64,000 bases of DNA from a virus, in IMG/VR virus record IMGVR_UViG_3300031759_000010. The stretch is one strand, 5' to 3'. Both the position numbers and the translations under genes were made by a program. The stretch's first letter is position 1. The number at the start of each line of letters is the position of its first letter. The notes beneath the pieces were generated by a model, which worked only from the letters and a program-made list of their open reading frames with translations, made no database searches and was not told the DNA's origin. Shown piece by piece: positions 59,723 to 64,000 of this stretch.

Positions 59723-61075
59723 CTACCCTCTTTCAAACGTCGCAAAGTCGGTGTTGAATTTTGTTTTCACGTTGCCCGTAAACCCAAAACGCTGCTTGGG
59801 AACCACAATCATTCCGCTGGTTGAGTGGTACCCCTTCTCTTTGTCGTACTCCCTCCAGAGAAGGGCGATACAGTGGGCGTCGTTCTCAATCTGCCCACTC
59901 TCCCTCAAGTCGCGCATGGTTGGAAAAGAATTGTCGTCGCGGCGGCGCAGTTGACTCAAAAGCATCAGATGGGCCCCCGTTCCCTTGATTAGATCCGCAA
60001 GCCTCTTGGAACACTCCGCCACCTTCAGGCGCTCATCCTTGTTGCCGGGAACCGTAATCCTCTGAAGATAGTCCACGCCGACAAAACGAACTCCCTTGCG
60101 CTTGATGTGAAGACGGGCTGTAGCCAAAATCTCATTCAGACTCATGCCGCCGCGATCATAGATATCCAGAGGCCACTCTGCAATCTCCAAAGCCGCAGAA
60201 CGAATCCTCCTCACCTGCTCCTCGGTTGCCGTCCTTGGGAACCTGACAAACCGATATGGAACCTCGGCGACAATTGACCACATCTTGCCAAGAAGCTGGC
60301 TCTTGGTCATCTCCAGTGAATAGCAAACCGAAGGATAGCCGTTCCGGCCGGTGCGAATCAAAGCCTGTGCCAGAGCGGAACTCTTGCCAACCCCCGACTC
60401 GCCGCCAACCACCGTAACCTCTCCGGCAAACATACCCCCAGTCAACTCATCCATCTCTGGGGTCATGCCATAGGAAAGAGTTTCGTCGCTTTCCGCCTGC
60501 CGCCTGGACTCAAACTCATTCAGGGCGGCCATTGTTGCCTCAGAAACGTCCGTGCTGACACGATCAACGCTTCCGGCACCCTCAACTATCGAACCGATCT
60601 TCTCGCCCGCCCATGAGGCGATGTCGAGAGCTGGTTCCGATTGGTCCTGAGCCCGGTCCGCCATGGCACCCGACACGCGCATCAACTCGCGCAACATGGC
60701 GCGATCCTTCACGATGTCGATGTACTCCGCAATAACCGGACGGCGCGGAAGGCCCTCTGTCAGGGATGCCAGGTACGCAACCCCGCCAATAGCATCGATC
60801 TCCTTCCTGCGAGACAGCTCATTGACCAAGGTCACAAGATCGACCGACTTCTGTCCATCCACCAAGCCAACCATTGCGTGGAAGATGCGGCGATGCGAGT
60901 CGTATGCGAAGTCGTCCGAACAAAGAACCTCAGACGCCTCCAACAAAGCATTGTTGTCCAACAACACCGCCCCGAGAATCGTCTTCTCGGCGTGTTCGTT
61001 CATGGGAAGAGACTTGTAAGAAACATCAACAATCTCCGGGGCCTCCTCGGGAACCGACCAGTCATCGTATTTCAT
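59723..61075 (-). CDS. dnaB: Replicative DNA helicase, DnaB family
   Basis: N-terminal ILGAVLLDN...FYDSHRRIF-type segment, Walker A GGESGVGKS, and LLSQLRR...ESGQIENDA. Confidence 0.9.
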   Translation of the reverse strand: MKYDDWSVPEEAPEIVDVSYKSLPMNEHAEKTILGAVLLDNNALLEASEVLCSDDFAYDSHRRIFHAMVGLVDGQKSVDLVTLVNELSRRKEIDAIGGVAYLASLTEGLPRRPVIAEYIDIVKDRAMLRELMRVSGAMADRAQDQSEPALDIASWAGEKIGSIVEGAGSVDRVSTDVSEATMAALNEFESRRQAESDETLSYGMTPEMDELTGGMFAGEVTVVGGESGVGKSSALAQALIRTGRNGYPSVCYSLEMTKSQLLGKMWSIVAEVPYRFVRFPRTATEEQVRRIRSAALEIAEWPLDIYDRGGMSLNEILATARLHIKRKGVRFVGVDYLQRITVPGNKDERLKVAECSKRLADLIKGTGAHLMLLSQLRRRDDNSFPTMRDLRESGQIENDAHCIALLWREYDKEKGYHSTSGMIVVPKQRFGFTGNVKTKFNTDFATFERG

Positions 61076-61401
61076 TTGCCCCCCACAAACGAGACATTCG
61101 CCATCTCTGGATTAGAGAACCCCATCTTGGCGGCCCTTACCCGGCGAACCTCCACAAGAATCGTTCCAAGATCGGGAAGCGCAAACTCCCCCTGCTGGCG
61201 CGGCCTTTTTCCCAAGCACTCCAGGGCCGCGAGAACCTCATCCAAGGGCTCACTCGATAGAGCTTTCGAGAAGAGCGGCAGAAAGTTCTCTGGTATCGTT
61301 GCCTGGCGGTAACACGCCATCTCCGTCAACGCACACTTGATCTTGCCCAAGTGAATCGCGGAGCATTTGGATGTTGTGATTGATTTTTCCTGATTTTCCA
61401 T
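61072..61401 (-). CDS. Hypothetical protein (helicase-loader position; start uncertain)
   Basis: 109-aa ORF, ATGA-type coupled to dnaB. Its first ~50 codons overlap the initiator ORF. Confidence 0.4.
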   Translation of the reverse strand: MENQEKSITTSKCSAIHLGKIKCALTEMACYRQATIPENFLPLFSKALSSEPLDEVLAALECLGKRPRQQGEFALPDLGTILVEVRRVRAAKMGFSNPEMANVSFVGGK

Positions 61402-62116
61402 TCATTCCCCCTTCGATTGGCCGACCAAACTCCCCGGCGGCCCCATTCAACCAACTTGCCGCATACCGGATCCAGGCACTCAACGGATTGCCGTGGGCCA
61501 CAGGACTCCGTGCCCGATTCCGAAGAATTGCCCCCCACTGTTCCAGCGAAACGGTTGGGTTGGACTCCAGCCACACCTTCAAATCTTTTGCCTCGCGCCC
61601 GTTCCAAGGAGCGGGGATTCCGTTCCTGCTTTGGTAGTACCCGCAGAAGGCTTCCTTGAAGGGAGAGAACCGGGACGTGACCGCTTCAGCGGAATAGTTC
61701 TTCTTTCCTTCTTTTTCATTCTTATTGTTAGGGTAGCTATTAGCACCCACCCCCTTGCTATTAGCAACCGGGGGGTGGTAGCTATTAGCACCCACCCCCT
61801 TGCCAATAGAGCCGATATTGACCTGAAGGAGGATGTACTGGTTGGAGTCTCGCGCCCCATCCGACTGCCTCACCTCAACGCTTATCAGGAGGTGTTTTTC
61901 GAGATCCTTCAATCCATCAGACACGGTATCCTTCGACACCCCCAAGAGGGAGGCTAGGGTTGATTTGGACGGGAAGCAGGCCTGACTCGTTCCGTTGGCA
62001 AATGCAACCAGCCCCATGTACACGAGGTTGGCCTTCCACCCCAAACCCATTTTCAAGATCGATTTATTGAACCACGCAAAATCCCCATCGCGAAGATCAC
62101 GAATACTGTCAGCCAT
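61250..62116 (-). CDS. Replication initiator-like winged-helix protein
   Basis: ORF 61250..62476. ATG 62116 gives MADSIRDL...FPSKSTLASLLGVSKDTVSDGLKDLEKHLLI (wHTH). Iteron-like repeats lie inside the gene. Confidence 0.6.
   Translation of the reverse strand: MADSIRDLRDGDFAWFNKSILKMGLGWKANLVYMGLVAFANGTSQACFPSKSTLASLLGVSKDTVSDGLKDLEKHLLISVEVRQSDGARDSNQYILLQVNIGSIGKGVGANSYHPPVANSKGVGANSYPNNKNEKEGKKNYSAEAVTSRFSPFKEAFCGYYQSRNGIPAPWNGREAKDLKVWLESNPTVSLEQWGAILRNRARSPVAHGNPLSAWIRYAASWLNGAAGEFGRPIEGGMNGKSGKINHNIQMLRDSLGQDQVCVDGDGVLPPGNDTRELSAALLESSIE
61732..61803. repeat. Iteron-like direct repeats (27-nt, 2 copies, plus a partial third)
   Basis: GGTAGCTATTAGCACCCACCCCCTTGC occurs at 61732-61758 and 61777-61803. 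GCTATTAGCA also occurs at 61757-61766. An embedded inverted repeat is CCACCCCC/GGGGGTGG. Confidence 0.6.
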
Positions 62117-62491
62117 TACCGCTCCCAGCTTCTTTTGAGCACAACTCTCCCGTAGGCGCTGGACTTTCGGTCTGCGGATAAGGATGTGCCAATGGATTTC
62201 CCAGCTCGGGGTATTGCGGGGGCTGATTGGGCAACCAACCCCCGAAACCACTCCATCGGCTAGGCATCGGGTGATCAAGCCCGACAGTGACCACTTTAGG
62301 TCATCGCTTGTTTTTTTGTCAAGAGGGGGGGGTGGGCACTCTGTTTCATGGGGGGAATCAGAAAGAGGAAAAAGCCCCGTCCGGAACTCTCTTCCGGAAC
62401 CATAACGCGCCCACCTGCTCAGTGTACCACGTTTCTGTGGACAGCGAGGGGGTACCTGTACGATACCCCCAAGCACTCGTCGAACATGCTC

Positions 62492-63247
62492 TTATTTTAC
62501 GCGACGGCTCATCCCGGCAGCAGCCACCTTCCCGCCACGCACATGCGTCAGGAAGTCCTGTGTGTTTGATTGCAGGCTGGATGTGTATGCGGAGGTCGCA
62601 TCAGCCAGACAGCTCATGGTCATCCCCATGTTGGCCTGGTTGTACATAATTGAGTTCGCCGTCCTGATTCCCATCTGATCTCCCACTTGGTAGGCAGAGA
62701 TATCCGCTCCAAGGAAAACGAAGGTCCAGTTGCCCAAATCCTCCTTGGATTTGATCAGGGACTTGATCGCGGACAACGTAAACTCCCGCGAAGAATTCTC
62801 TTCCCCGTCGGTCAGGATCACGGTCAACACCTTGTCGTACTTCTTGCCCAGGTCGTCTACCGCCGCAACCGTTTTTCCGATGGCGTCATACAGAGCCGTC
62901 CACCCGTTGGGGGTATAGGTCTTCAGGTTGAGTTCCTGGACATCCTTGAGATCCACCGAGACATAGCGGGTCTCGTAAGAGGTATCGAATAAGGTGAGGC
63001 TGAACGCGTACTCGTTCTTCTTGTCCGCCTTCAGCGTGTTGATGTAGGAGTTGAATCCGCCGATGGTGTCGTTGATGCACGATTGCATCGATCCCGACCT
63101 GTCGAGCACAAAGTTGACCAGCATCTTACCGGCGGCTTTTGCGCTTTTTGCTGGAGACTTCCTTGGGCTTTTTGTTGCTGGCTTTTTGACTGCCTTCTTT
63201 GCTGGCATTGCTTCCTCCGATACTGCTGGTGAATGTTTCTGGAACAA
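62492..63247 (-). CDS. vWA-domain protein with Lys/Ala/Pro-rich N-terminal tail
   Basis: MIDAS LDRSGSM...GWTALYDA...LTDGEENSS. N-terminus PAKKAVKKPATKSPRKSPAKSAKAAGK. Confidence 0.75.
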   Translation of the reverse strand: MFQKHSPAVSEEAMPAKKAVKKPATKSPRKSPAKSAKAAGKMLVNFVLDRSGSMQSCINDTIGGFNSYINTLKADKKNEYAFSLTLFDTSYETRYVSVDLKDVQELNLKTYTPNGWTALYDAIGKTVAAVDDLGKKYDKVLTVILTDGEENSSREFTLSAIKSLIKSKEDLGNWTFVFLGADISAYQVGDQMGIRTANSIMYNQANMGMTMSCLADATSAYTSSLQSNTQDFLTHVRGGKVAAAGMSRRVK

Positions 63248-63518
63248 GGTACGATCTCGTCGCCCCCATGGAGCTAAGGATCGCAGGTCCAGGTTCGCGG
63301 CGCTGTTTGTAGACGTCGCAAAGATATTGAGGTGTCACGCCAATACTTCTTGCGTACTCGGCCTGCGTCTTACCCCCCTGCATGATTCTCATGATTTCAA
63401 GGAGTCCCTTGACGTCGGTGTTGTACATGATTTTGAGTATACCCTTCCTTGTGGTACATGGCAACTGTTTTTTTGTTTGGTTGACATCCATCGTCCGATA
63501 TGTGATGATGTGAACCAT
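63126..63518 (-). CDS. XRE-type HTH regulator (start uncertain, possibly ATG 63428)
   Basis: KTQAEYARSIGVTPQYLCDVYKQRREP. The 3' end overlaps the vWA gene start in another frame. Confidence 0.5.
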   Translation of the reverse strand: MVHIITYRTMDVNQTKKQLPCTTRKGILKIMYNTDVKGLLEIMRIMQGGKTQAEYARSIGVTPQYLCDVYKQRREPGPAILSSMGATRSYLVPETFTSSIGGSNASKEGSQKASNKKPKEVSSKKRKSRR

Positions 63519-63682
63519 GAGCTTCCGCGCCCATACCGCATTTACACCAGCGACGGCACAGCCGCGCCAGGGTAACGATATGTAAGCGCCGGGAGATCTC
63601 CAAGTTTCGAGACCCTCGGCCGCAAGGTTCGAGGGTTTTTAGTTGGGGTTGAATAATGGTAGCATGCGTGTTAATGTAAGGC

Positions 63683-64000
63683 ATGCGAAACGGCCTCTAT
63701 GAACTCGTCATCGCTCCAGAAGGATATCCCGGGAAGCTGTATCGAGGAAGATACTGCTATGAACACCACTTAGTGTGGTGGAAAAACACTGGGGAATTGG
63801 TAGTCGAGCCAATGCTCATTCACCACAAGAATGACCAAAAGCGCGACAATCGTTTTGAAAATTTGGAGAAGAAAGAACGCGCCAAGCATAGTAGCGACCA
63901 TACCAAAGAAAGAATGGGACCTCCTGGTTACGTTGAATTGAAATGCGCTTGGTGTGAAAAAACTTTTCAGATTCTTCGCAGAAATTTTGCTTTCAGAAGG
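63683..64000 (+). CDS. HNH homing-endonuclease-like protein, 3' truncated by the window
   Basis: Hand-translated from ATG 63683: MRNGLYELV...YEHHLVWWKNTGE...LIHHKNDQKRDNRFENLE. Open to the window end. Visibly AT-richer than its surroundings. Confidence 0.7.
   Translation, partial: MRNGLYELVIAPEGYPGKLYRGRYCYEHHLVWWKNTGELVVEPMLIHHKNDQKRDNRFENLEKKERAKHSSDHTKERMGPPGYVELKCAWCEKTFQILRRNFAFRR

Overview
This visibly GC-rich 64-kb window reads as most of a tailed dsDNA phage or prophage genome. Almost all genes are on the minus strand, in long translationally coupled trains with ATGA, GTGA or TAATG stop/start overlaps.

Modules from right to left:
- XRE-type regulators and a vWA protein.
- A replication module: initiator with internal iterons, DnaB and SSB.
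- A Phd-like small gene pair and a DUF1064 nuclease.
- Small and large terminase subunits and the portal.
- A plus-strand four-gene sugar-modification island (GT4, B12-radical-SAM, SAM-methyltransferase, GT2) embedded in the head module.
- Scaffold and major capsid.
- About a dozen tail/baseplate genes, including a 1442-aa protein.
- Four very large probable internal virion proteins. One is a 1505-aa polyvalent protein (methyltransferase + GHKL ATPase + HExxH).
- A non-coding RNA locus, followed by an HNH protein, a TROVE/Ro60-like vWA protein, a Sak4-like ATPase and a PD-(D/E)XK nuclease.
- An IS200/IS605 insertion with divergent tnpA and tnpB.
- A 1489-aa tail fibre, holin-like genes and a lambda-R-type endolysin.
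- A few small plus-strand genes.

I saw no integrase, rRNA, CRISPR array or reverse transcriptase.

Most interesting observations:
1. A Ro60-like protein lies next to a circularly permuted tRNA-like (YrlA-type) RNA, further structured RNAs and a tRNA with anticodon AAU.
2. An identical 15-nt element (TAG stop plus the perfect palindrome TCCGTATACGGA) sits at three gene junctions. Each time the downstream gene is in frame with the upstream one.
3. The opposite-strand glycosyltransferase/radical-SAM operon lies inside the head module.
4. A GGTTACC-N3-GTAAC operator-like motif family recurs in intergenic regions.
5. An HNH gene is overlapped at both ends by its neighbours.

All protein-family calls are from motif recognition by eye. 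None has been verified by search.
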